Positions 39,245 to 48,248 of a stretch of 64,000 nucleotides of DNA are shown piece by piece. The notes below the pieces were generated by a model. It searched no databases, was not told the DNA's origin, and saw only the letters and a list, made by a program, of their open reading frames with translations. The position numbers and the translations under genes are program-made. Source of the DNA: an uncultured Granulosicoccaceae bacterium (GTDB lineage: Bacteria > Pseudomonadota > Gammaproteobacteria > Granulosicoccales > Granulosicoccaceae); NCBI GenBank assembly GCA_938020525.1, contig CALIHW010000053.1, positions 8,705 through 72,704 on the forward strand, read 5' to 3'. Position 1 is the stretch's first letter, and each line of letters begins with the position of its first letter.

Positions 39245-42200
39245 ATGCCACTGAAAAATATTGTCGTTGAAAATGCGACACAGAACAACCTGAAACACCT
39301 CGATATCAAAATTCCACATGGTGAATTAGTGGTGATAACAGGCGTCAGCGGGTCCGGGAAGTCATCGCTCGCATTTGACACCATTTATGCGGAGGGTCAG
39401 CGTAGATATGTAGAAACCTTCTCGCCTTATGCCAGACAGTTTCTCGACCGGATGGATAAACCGAAGGTTGATCGCATAGACGGTATTCCTCCGGCAATTG
39501 CTATTGATCAGACTAACCCGGTTCGAACATCACGCTCCACCGTCGGCACGATGACGGAGCTCAATGATCATCTTAAACTACTGTTTGCACGGACCGCCAA
39601 CCTGCATTGCCCTGACTGCGGTAAGAAAGTTGTGCGTGACACCCCAGATCAAATAGTTGCAGAACAATTGTCAGACAAGCCATCTGATCGCGCAATGGTG
39701 ACATTCAACGTCAAAGTACCGGACAACTTTACTCACGATGAAATCGAAAAGTGGCTGCAGAGACAGGGCTACACCAAAATTCACAAACAAAGTAAAGGAT
39801 CAATTGAAGTAATACAGGATCGTTTCCGCTTAAATAAAGAAAACAAAGGCCGTATCACTGAAGCGCTCGAGGCCGCTTTTAAACATGGTCGGGGTAAAGC
39901 CAGCTGGTATTCAATTGACGAAGATCGCAAGCCTTCAAAAGCAAAATATTTTTCCTCTGATTTTATCTGCGCGACATGCGACAAAAGCTTTAGAGAACCA
40001 AGCCCGAGTCTGTTCTCTTTTAATTCCCCACTCGGTGCATGTGAGGCATGTCGTGGTTTTGGCCGTACTATGGGAATTGACTATAGCCTTGTCGTTCCAA
40101 ACGAGTCACTATCACTTGCTGGTGGTGCGATCAAACCATGGCAGACCAAAACCAATGAAATCTGCCAGAAAGACTTACTTAAGTTCGCCAAAAAACACGG
40201 CATCCCTACCCAAACGCCGTGGAAAAAACTTACCGCCAAACAGAAGAATTGGGTTTTACAAGGTGAGGGTGAGTGGGACGGTAAACACTGGTACGGAGTC
40301 AAACGATTCTTCGACTGGCTAGAAACCCGCAGTTATAAAATGCATGTGCGTGTATTGTTGTCAAAGTATCGTTCCTACACACCCTGCACCACCTGCAATG
40401 GAGCGAGACTCAAACCTCAGGCTCTCTGGTGGCGGGTTGGCACTGCAAAGAATTCATCTTCAGTTATTAAACCGGAAAATCGATTTGTACCTAATGGATG
40501 CAAGCTGACACCGGCCAAACTAAATAAACTACCGGGGCTTCTACTACACGACATCATGCAACTGCCTCTCAATGATTGCGCCCGATTTTTTGCCAATCTT
40601 GAACTTCCAGCACCACTCGATGAAGCCACCAGCATGTTGATGGACGAGATTAACTCACGCATTAAATATCTCAATGACGTCGGGCTGAGCTACCTGACGC
40701 TCGATAGACAATCTCGCACCTTAAGTGGCGGAGAAGTACAGCGCATCAACCTGACCACCGCACTTGGGACATCGCTGGTCAATACGCTATTTGTACTGGA
40801 TGAACCCAGTATTGGGTTACATCCAAGAGATATCGATCGTGTAATTGGCGTGTTGAAAAGATTACGTGACTCTGGCAATTCGTTGCTTGTTGTCGAGCAC
40901 GATCCGCAAATTATACTCGCCGCAGATAAAATAATTGATATGGGTCCTGGGCCCGGCAGCCATGGTGGAGAGATTTCATTCTATGGAAACATGGCCAGAC
41001 TCGCTAGCGCAAAAAAATCGTTAACAGCATCCTATCTCAGACGTGAAAAAACTCTTGAGCGACGCCCAATAAGCAATAAGGCACTCAGCAAAGCAAACGA
41101 TAAAACGAGTTCCTCTATTACCATCAAGGGTGCAAGTGAACACAATTTGAAGTCAATCGATGTAGAGTTTCCGTTGAACCGACTGGTTTGCATTACCGGT
41201 GTCAGCGGTTCGGGTAAATCAACGCTAATTCAAGACACGCTATACAGAGCGATTTGCCGGATTAAAGGTAAACCATCAGAGATTGCAGGTGCACACAAAT
41301 CGGTCACCGGACATCAACACATTGATGAAGTTGTGATGGTCGATCAATCATCCATTGGTAAGTCTGCACGCTCAAACCCAGTTAGTTATACCGGCGCTTT
41401 TGACGGCATACGTAAACTATTTGCAGAAGATCCGGAAGCTAAAAGACGCAGCTATACAGCCAGCAGTTTTAGCTTCAACTCCGGTATGCGGTGCCCAACC
41501 TGCTCTGGCAATGGCTTTGAGCATGTTGAAATGCAGTTTCTCAGCGACGTTTATTTACGCTGCCATGCCTGCAATGGCAGTCGCTACAGGGAAGAAGTGC
41601 TGGATATCAAACTGGTGCACACAGAGTCCGGCCAGGCTATCAGCATCTCAGACACTTTGAATATGACAGTCGATGATGCTGTGGAATTTTTTGCAAATCA
41701 AAAAGATGTGTTAAAAGCACTGCGCCCGTTAGTGGATGTTGGGCTCGGGTATCTGACGTTGGGTCAGCCAGTACCTACACTGAGCGGTGGAGAAGCACAG
41801 CGATTAAAACTTGCAGCACATTTGGCTAAAGCAAAGAAGTCTGCCAGGTCCAACAATGAGAAAAAGCTCTTCCTGTTTGACGAACCTACCACAGGATTAC
41901 ACTTTGACGATATTAAAAAACTGCTGTTTGCATTCGACCAACTTTTACAAGAGGGCCATTCACTTATTGTTGTCGAGCATAACCTTGATGTCATCAGCAA
42001 TGCAGACTGGATAATTGATCTCGGCCCTGAAGGCGGAGACGCAGGTGGTTCCGTTATTGGTGCTGGCATTGTCAGCAAGATTAAAAAGCTCAAAAAAAGC
42101 CATACTGGGAAATCGCTCATTGACTATGAAAACGCGGTAGATGAATTTAGTCGGGCAAAAGATGCGCTTGCCAAAATTGCTGATGATGCCGGACTCTATG

Positions 42201-44797
42201 CAGGCGACAGCATTAGCGTTGTCAGTGCGCGTGAGCACAACCTTAAAAACATAGATGTACAAATTCCGCGTGACAAATTCACGGTAATTACCGGATTAAG
42301 TGGTAGTGGAAAAAGCACACTTGCGTTCGACATTCTATTTAATGAAGGCCAGCGCAGATACCTTGAATCTCTTAATGCATATGCCAGACAGTTTGTTCAG
42401 CCCGCCTCACGGCCGGACGTTGATGCGATTCTGGGTATACCACCGACTGTCGCCATCGAACAGCGCACAAGCCGTGGCGGGCGTAAAAGTACCGTTGCCA
42501 CAATGACAGAGCTCTATCACTTTATGCGATTGCTGTTCGTTAAACTGGGCACACAACATTGCCCAGATTGCGATAAACCGATAGACGCACAGTCGCTGGA
42601 GGGGATACAAGACCAAATCAGTAAGAAGCACAAAGGCAAAAAAATCTCGGTGTTCGCACCGTTAATTGTCTCGCGCAAAGGGTACTACACTGATCTTGCC
42701 AAATGGGCAGGTAACCGTGGCTTCGATGCGCTACGCGTTGATGGGGAGACAACACCGATAGAACCATGGCCGCGACTGGATCGATTCACAGAGCACGATA
42801 TTGATCTTCCCATTGGTGAAGTCACCATTCAGCCACGCAACGAGCAAAAAATTGCAGAGTTGTTGCAACGTGCCCTCGATTACGGCAAAGGCGTGCTAAA
42901 AGTATCTGTTTCAAATAACGCAAAATCCAAAGACACTTTGTTTTCCATTAAACGTGCATGCACAAGCTGTGGCACAAGCTTCCCGGAACTGGATCCGAGG
43001 CTCTTCTCTTATAACTCCAAACACGGATGGTGTGACGACTGCTTCGGCACCGGTATTTATAGCGCCGAGTTCGATGAAGAGCAAACCGGTGAAGAAAACC
43101 AGTGGTTACAGGAAGACAAAACAGAAGTCATCTGCCCGACCTGTGAGGGACGCCGTCTTAACCCGACAGCACTTTCTGTAAAGTACCAAAAACAAACCAT
43201 TGCTGATCTAAACAACATGTCGATCAGTGAATCCGACAAGTGGTTTGCTAAGCTAAAACTCAAAGGTCGCGAGTCAGAGATCGCCAGAGATATTCTGCTT
43301 GAAATTAATTCACGCTTACAGTTTTTGAATCAGGTAGGTCTGTCTTATCTGGCACTTGACCGTGCGGCACCAACACTTAGCGGAGGTGAGGCACAACGCA
43401 TACGTCTGGCATCACAGCTCGGCTCTAATTTGCAGGGTGTTTGCTATATCCTCGATGAACCAACTATTGGACTGCACTCACGCGATAATCAGATGCTGCT
43501 TGATACTCTTGAAGACCTTGGCAAAAAAGGCAACACAATTGTAGTTGTAGAACACGATGAAGACACTATTCGTCGTGCTGATCATATTATTGATTTGGGG
43601 CCAGGAGCCGGCATTGAAGGTGGTCGTATCGTGGCCAGTGGCACGTTAAAGCAACTGATCAAAAATCCTGCATCAGTTACCGGGCGTGCTATTGCAAAAC
43701 CCAAAACTCATCCTTACTTCCCAACCAGAAAAACTGATGCGGGTACTATTACCATCAAGAGTGCCGTACACCACAATCTGAAAAAGATCGATGTGAAAAT
43801 TCCACTAGGCAAGCTGGTATCTGTTACCGGCGTCTCAGGTAGCGGAAAAAGCACGCTGGTTCGATCAGTTCTTGGTGACAATCTCAAAACACTACTCAGC
43901 CGCCAAAACATAAAGAGCAAGAAGGCCGGCAATAATAAACAAACTATTTCAGGTGCCGTTAGCATCGACGGCTGGGAGCCAATATCACGGATACTAGAAG
44001 TGGATCAAACTCCCATCGGTAAAACGCCTCGCTCCTGCCCGGCTACCTACATCGGTTTTTGGGACAACATCCGACGTATCTTTGCTGATGCGACAGAAGC
44101 CAGAGTGCGGGGCTATACCGCCAGTCGTTTTTCATTCAATGTGGCTGAAGGCCGGTGTGCCAGCTGCGACGGTCAGGGCATGACCAAAGTAGAGATGAGC
44201 TTCCTGCCAGACGTCAAAGTTCCCTGTGATGTCTGCAAAGGCGCACGCTTTAATTCTGAAACGCTCAGCGTTCTGTACAAAGGAAAATCCATCGGTGACG
44301 TTCTACAGATGAGCATCGTTGAAGCGATTGAGTTTTTCACAGCCCACAAAAACATCTCCCACCCGCTACAGTTACTTAAAGACACAGGATTGGGTTATTT
44401 AACACTCGGGCAACAAAGTCCAACCTTATCAGGCGGTGAGGCACAACGCATAAAACTGGTTACAGAACTTGCAAAGGCCGGTACCGGCAAGGAAGACCGA
44501 CAAGGCAAAAAGCTCACGCATACTCTCTACGTGCTGGATGAACCAACCGTAGGGCTCCACATGGCAGATGTAGACAAGCTTATTGGTGTGTTACATCAAT
44601 TAGTAGAATCCGGTAATAGCGTAATCGTGATAGAACATAACCTTGAATTGATGGCCAATTCAGACTGGATAATTGATATGGGGCCGGAAGGCGGGGATGG
44701 CGGCGGTCGTGTAATCGCGCAGGGTGTACCAGCCAAAGTCGCTAAATCCAAAAAATCTTACACCGCCCCTTTTCTTGCGAAATTGCTCTCCCAATGA
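39245..44797 (+). CDS. Tandem-duplicated UvrA-family ABC ATPase (1850 aa, two complete UvrA-like units in one polypeptide)
   Basis: - Four Walker A motifs: GVSGSGKSSLAFDT, GVSGSGKSTLIQDT, GLSGSGKSTLAFDI, GVSGSGKSTLVRSV.
- Four LSGGE(A/V)QR signatures.
- Zn-module cysteines in both halves: CPDCGK...CATCDK...CEACRG and CPDCDK...CTSCG...CDDCFG...CPTCEG.
- The second unit starts near aa 985. Confidence 0.9.
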   Translation: MPLKNIVVENATQNNLKHLDIKIPHGELVVITGVSGSGKSSLAFDTIYAEGQRRYVETFSPYARQFLDRMDKPKVDRIDGIPPAIAIDQTNPVRTSRSTVGTMTELNDHLKLLFARTANLHCPDCGKKVVRDTPDQIVAEQLSDKPSDRAMVTFNVKVPDNFTHDEIEKWLQRQGYTKIHKQSKGSIEVIQDRFRLNKENKGRITEALEAAFKHGRGKASWYSIDEDRKPSKAKYFSSDFICATCDKSFREPSPSLFSFNSPLGACEACRGFGRTMGIDYSLVVPNESLSLAGGAIKPWQTKTNEICQKDLLKFAKKHGIPTQTPWKKLTAKQKNWVLQGEGEWDGKHWYGVKRFFDWLETRSYKMHVRVLLSKYRSYTPCTTCNGARLKPQALWWRVGTAKNSSSVIKPENRFVPNGCKLTPAKLNKLPGLLLHDIMQLPLNDCARFFANLELPAPLDEATSMLMDEINSRIKYLNDVGLSYLTLDRQSRTLSGGEVQRINLTTALGTSLVNTLFVLDEPSIGLHPRDIDRVIGVLKRLRDSGNSLLVVEHDPQIILAADKIIDMGPGPGSHGGEISFYGNMARLASAKKSLTASYLRREKTLERRPISNKALSKANDKTSSSITIKGASEHNLKSIDVEFPLNRLVCITGVSGSGKSTLIQDTLYRAICRIKGKPSEIAGAHKSVTGHQHIDEVVMVDQSSIGKSARSNPVSYTGAFDGIRKLFAEDPEAKRRSYTASSFSFNSGMRCPTCSGNGFEHVEMQFLSDVYLRCHACNGSRYREEVLDIKLVHTESGQAISISDTLNMTVDDAVEFFANQKDVLKALRPLVDVGLGYLTLGQPVPTLSGGEAQRLKLAAHLAKAKKSARSNNEKKLFLFDEPTTGLHFDDIKKLLFAFDQLLQEGHSLIVVEHNLDVISNADWIIDLGPEGGDAGGSVIGAGIVSKIKKLKKSHTGKSLIDYENAVDEFSRAKDALAKIADDAGLYAGDSISVVSAREHNLKNIDVQIPRDKFTVITGLSGSGKSTLAFDILFNEGQRRYLESLNAYARQFVQPASRPDVDAILGIPPTVAIEQRTSRGGRKSTVATMTELYHFMRLLFVKLGTQHCPDCDKPIDAQSLEGIQDQISKKHKGKKISVFAPLIVSRKGYYTDLAKWAGNRGFDALRVDGETTPIEPWPRLDRFTEHDIDLPIGEVTIQPRNEQKIAELLQRALDYGKGVLKVSVSNNAKSKDTLFSIKRACTSCGTSFPELDPRLFSYNSKHGWCDDCFGTGIYSAEFDEEQTGEENQWLQEDKTEVICPTCEGRRLNPTALSVKYQKQTIADLNNMSISESDKWFAKLKLKGRESEIARDILLEINSRLQFLNQVGLSYLALDRAAPTLSGGEAQRIRLASQLGSNLQGVCYILDEPTIGLHSRDNQMLLDTLEDLGKKGNTIVVVEHDEDTIRRADHIIDLGPGAGIEGGRIVASGTLKQLIKNPASVTGRAIAKPKTHPYFPTRKTDAGTITIKSAVHHNLKKIDVKIPLGKLVSVTGVSGSGKSTLVRSVLGDNLKTLLSRQNIKSKKAGNNKQTISGAVSIDGWEPISRILEVDQTPIGKTPRSCPATYIGFWDNIRRIFADATEARVRGYTASRFSFNVAEGRCASCDGQGMTKVEMSFLPDVKVPCDVCKGARFNSETLSVLYKGKSIGDVLQMSIVEAIEFFTAHKNISHPLQLLKDTGLGYLTLGQQSPTLSGGEAQRIKLVTELAKAGTGKEDRQGKKLTHTLYVLDEPTVGLHMADVDKLIGVLHQLVESGNSVIVIEHNLELMANSDWIIDMGPEGGDGGGRVIAQGVPAKVAKSKKSYTAPFLAKLLSQ

Positions 44798-45534
44798 CCT
44801 GGTTTATTTTTTTAGTCATTTTTGCCGCTGCAATTATCAGAGGCTATACCGGCTTTGGTTTATCGGCCATTCTCATCACTATTGTTACCTACTGGATGCC
44901 GGCACATGATTTGGTACCGATGCTTATTCTTTTGGAAATCGTATCCAGCCTGCTATTTTACCGATCAGTCTCGTTGGAAGTAGACTGGAAACAAATCGGA
45001 GTAATATTTATCGGCGCAGCTATAAGCACACCGTTGGCACTCAACGCCCTGATGATACTGCCGACACCAGTTACTCATCTCATCATCGCAAGCCTGGTCT
45101 TGTTGGCGACGGTCATTCTTCTTTTAAAATCCCGGGGATCCATTAAATCTTCCACAGCTACCTGGCTCACTACAGGTTTAGTAATGGGAGTTTTTGCAGG
45201 CCTCGGTAGCATCGGTGCTCTGGCTGGCATGGTGATGTTGTTAATGACCACGATAAGCCCTGCAAAGGCGCGTGCCACTATTATAGTGCTGTCCTTTATA
45301 ACGTCTCTGTATGCGGCTCTATTTTCAGCTTTTCATGGCATGATGACATCTGAGGTATTTATCCAATGGTTTTACTTTTTAGTACCTCTAATCCCCGGGC
45401 TGTATATCGGTCACTTGCTGTTTAAAAACTATCAAAAGTCTTTTCGTACAATCACTCTGATACTTCTGGCTATTTTGTCTGTTACCATGATGGTCCAGAG
45501 TGTTTATCAGTTATTACAACAGGCCCCTGTGTAG
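44794..45534 (+). CDS. TauE/SafE family (sulfite/anion exporter-like) membrane protein
   Basis: It is a membrane protein of 7-8 TM helices. The start FLVIFAAAIIRGYTGFGLSAI is typical of TauE (DUF81). Its ATG overlaps the uvrA-like stop (ATGA at 44794..44797). Confidence 0.7.
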   Translation: MTWFIFLVIFAAAIIRGYTGFGLSAILITIVTYWMPAHDLVPMLILLEIVSSLLFYRSVSLEVDWKQIGVIFIGAAISTPLALNALMILPTPVTHLIIASLVLLATVILLLKSRGSIKSSTATWLTTGLVMGVFAGLGSIGALAGMVMLLMTTISPAKARATIIVLSFITSLYAALFSAFHGMMTSEVFIQWFYFLVPLIPGLYIGHLLFKNYQKSFRTITLILLAILSVTMMVQSVYQLLQQAPV

Positions 45535-45543
45535 GTTTCCGGC

Positions 45544-46524
45544 ATGAGTAGCAAAGACTCCATTCAAAGTAGCGATGTTGAAGTATTGAACAAAGCAATC
45601 GAATGGCTGGACAACGGCGATACCGTAGAGCTGGTTACTGTGGCAAAAACCTGGGGCTCCTCACCACGACCACCCGGTTCAATCGCCGCTGTTCGCAGCG
45701 ACGGTCATTTGGTTGGTTCTGTGTCCGGTGGCTGTATAGAAAAACAACTCGCAGTCCGTATAGATGATAGTGATCGCGCCCAGGCGTTTTCACATGAAAT
45801 TACAGATGACGAGGCACGTCGTTTTGGTCTGCCATGCGGCGGTCATCTGGAATTAGTGTTCGAACAATTGACTGATTCTTCCGATCTAAAAAAAATTCTT
45901 ACCGCAATGGATAATCGTAAACGCCTCGCCAGAACCGTACATCTAAGGACAGTAGATCTTGCCAATCCAAATAAAGTTGAATACGTGGAAGTTGATCGCA
46001 GTGTAGATTTTTACTACGACGGTGATCAAATAAGAAAAATATTCGGCCCTGCGTGGCGTATGTTAATAATCGGTGGCGGCCAGCTATCGCGCCACGTTGC
46101 ACAGTTTGCACAAGCACTCGACTATGACGTTGTGGTCTGCGAGCCGAGGCAAGAGTACGCAAGCAGCTTCAACGTGGCGGGTTGCAAGCTGGTGTCAAGT
46201 CTGCCTGACGAAGCGGTACTGCAACATGCGGTGGATCACCATAGCGTTGTTCTGGCCCTCACGCACGACTCCAACCTTGACGATTCAGCACTGGTTGAAG
46301 CACTGCCTTCAAACGCGTACTACGTTGGCGCACTCGGATCACGTGCAAACAATGAAAGGCGCAGAAAACGTTTGTCAGATATCGGTGTTGAGAATGTCGA
46401 GAGGCTGCATGGACCGGTCGGTCTATCTATCGGTAGCCGCAGTGCCGCAGAAATAGCAGTTTCTATCGTCGCTGAGCTAGTGCAGTTACGCAACGCACCA
46501 GACCAGCACAACCGCACATCCTAA
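45544..46524 (+). CDS. XdhC/CoxI family molybdo-enzyme maturation factor
   Basis: The N-terminal XdhC_CoxI pattern is TWGSSPRPPGS...GSVSGGC.E. The C-terminal Rossmann region is LIIGGGQLSRHVAQFA...YVGALGSR. Confidence 0.75.
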   Translation: MSSKDSIQSSDVEVLNKAIEWLDNGDTVELVTVAKTWGSSPRPPGSIAAVRSDGHLVGSVSGGCIEKQLAVRIDDSDRAQAFSHEITDDEARRFGLPCGGHLELVFEQLTDSSDLKKILTAMDNRKRLARTVHLRTVDLANPNKVEYVEVDRSVDFYYDGDQIRKIFGPAWRMLIIGGGQLSRHVAQFAQALDYDVVVCEPRQEYASSFNVAGCKLVSSLPDEAVLQHAVDHHSVVLALTHDSNLDDSALVEALPSNAYYVGALGSRANNERRRKRLSDIGVENVERLHGPVGLSIGSRSAAEIAVSIVAELVQLRNAPDQHNRTS

Positions 46525-46674
46525 ACATACTCTCTCATGACGACATTGCTGGAACTCACACCAAGTTTTTCGGATTGCCTCGTCATACCGGCTATAAAAG
46601 AGTTGCAGCCACCCGCACTATTGTGAATACTCCGCCAAATCCTTACGGTGAAAATTCCCGGGTGAAGCCAAGCT

Positions 46675-47835
46675 ATGAATCAGGAAACCAAGATAAATCT
46701 GCACCTCGATCGAGTGCTGCAACCTATTGAGAGTGCCAGCGGGCTTCCAAACCAGTGTTATACAAGCAATGCTACTTTCGAACTTGATCGCGACCATGTA
46801 ATGGCCGACAGCTGGGTCTGCGTGGGTTTTGGTTCCGACGTGCCCGAGAGCTGGGCGGTACCAGTAAATTTTATGGGCTACCCGATTCTCCTAACTCGCA
46901 ATTCCGACGGACAACTACGAGTATTTCACAACGTCTGTAGCCATAGAGGAATGCAACTGGTAACAGAAGCTGGCAGACTAGGCACAGAATTAATACGCTG
47001 CAAGTACCATAGCTGGGCCTACGACTTTGAAGGCAATCTTAAGGGCACCCCAATGATCGGTGGTACAGAGCACAATACCCATAAAGACTTTGATCCAACG
47101 GTCAATGGCTTAAAACCGATTCGTTCAGAAGTTTGGATGGACAACATTTTCATCAATCTTTCAAACAATGCAGAGCCACTTAACGATTTTATCGCACCGC
47201 TGATGAACCGATGGAGCAAGTGGATCAACCCCGAGACAATGCAGGAACTTTCACCCGGTATCGGTGCAAAAATGGAACTGACTGTAAAAAGCAACTGGAA
47301 ACTCGCTATTGAAAACTTTCTTGAGGCTTATCACCTGCCATGGGTACATCCCGGATTAAACTCTTACTCGCCACTTGAGGAACACTACGATATCGATCGT
47401 GGAGAAAATTTTGCAGGCCAGGGCTCAAGCAGCTACTCAACGCCTGCCGGCAACACCGGTACCATCAGTAGCTGGCCTGAGAGTGAGCGTAACTTTGCAG
47501 AGTATCCGGTGCTGTACCCAAACACGTTACTAGGCCTGCAGTCTGATCACTTTTTTACAATGACTATTCTGCCGATAGACGAGACCACATCACTGGAGCG
47601 CGTACAGCTTCTATTTCTCGGTGATGTAGCAACCGATGATCGCTACAAAGAGCACAGAGCATCAATGGTCGATTCCTGGACGGAAGTTTTTAGCGAAGAC
47701 ATCTTCGCAGTTGAAGGTATGCAGGCTGGCAGACAATCACCCGCTTACCAAGGTGGTGTATTTTCTCCAGTAATGGATCAACACACTTTGCACTTTCACC
47801 AGTGGGTGGCAAAGAAATTAGCCGCTCATTCCTAG
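46675..47835 (+). CDS. Rieske [2Fe-2S] non-haem-iron oxygenase, alpha subunit (choline-monooxygenase/GbcA-like class)
   Basis: The Rieske motif is CSHRGMQL...CKYHSWAY. The catalytic-domain motif is ENFLEAYHLPWVH. The stop codon TAG at 47833..47835 lies inside the terminal CTAG of the adjacent MITE. Confidence 0.8.
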   Translation: MNQETKINLHLDRVLQPIESASGLPNQCYTSNATFELDRDHVMADSWVCVGFGSDVPESWAVPVNFMGYPILLTRNSDGQLRVFHNVCSHRGMQLVTEAGRLGTELIRCKYHSWAYDFEGNLKGTPMIGGTEHNTHKDFDPTVNGLKPIRSEVWMDNIFINLSNNAEPLNDFIAPLMNRWSKWINPETMQELSPGIGAKMELTVKSNWKLAIENFLEAYHLPWVHPGLNSYSPLEEHYDIDRGENFAGQGSSSYSTPAGNTGTISSWPESERNFAEYPVLYPNTLLGLQSDHFFTMTILPIDETTSLERVQLLFLGDVATDDRYKEHRASMVDSWTEVFSEDIFAVEGMQAGRQSPAYQGGVFSPVMDQHTLHFHQWVAKKLAAHS

Positions 47836-47998
47836 CCCGGATTATTCATGAAATGGCGAGCATATCGGGCAGAGATTTGTTTTCACAGTGGATTTTCTTC
47901 TTGCGCCGAATGCTTATTGATATTTGCAAAAGAAAAAATTCGCTGTGGAATCAAAGACCAAGTGAGATGCCGGTGATTTCGTGAATAATCCGGGCTAG
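47832..47998. mobile_element. MITE, type A copy 2 (167 bp), with 19/20 terminal inverted repeats CTAGCCCGGATTATTCATGA
   Basis: The left end is CTAGCCCGGATTATTCATGA and the right end is TCGTGAATAATCCGGGCTAG. The ends match the 8226..8487 element, and the interior is partly similar in inverted orientation. Confidence 0.7.
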
Positions 47999-48161
47999 GA
48001 GCTTGTCCGAGAATGACGGTCGTAGCGAGAAAGTGAGATTTTGAGTCAGATATTTCGATCGATTGAGGCGAATGTTCATTCATATTTAACGATATCGATC
48101 GCAATAGCTGGCCAGAAGATCGCTTTCGCAGTAGATCATTCATTCTCGGACAAGCTCCTAG
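47995..48161. mobile_element. MITE, type B copy 2 (167 bp), inverted relative to copy 1 at 8484..8650
   Basis: It has the same 22-bp TIR, CTAGGAGCTTGTCCGAGAATGA. The interior is nearly identical to the reverse complement of copy 1. This explains the similar pseudo-ORFs 8502..8741 (+) and 47883..48194 (-). Confidence 0.85.
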
Positions 48162-48248
48162 TGTAGTGAAACGTTCAAAGCAGGCACGGTACATGGCGGG
48201 CTGAATTCTAAACTGGCCGCCACAAACCTGACTTAACGCTAATTCAGA

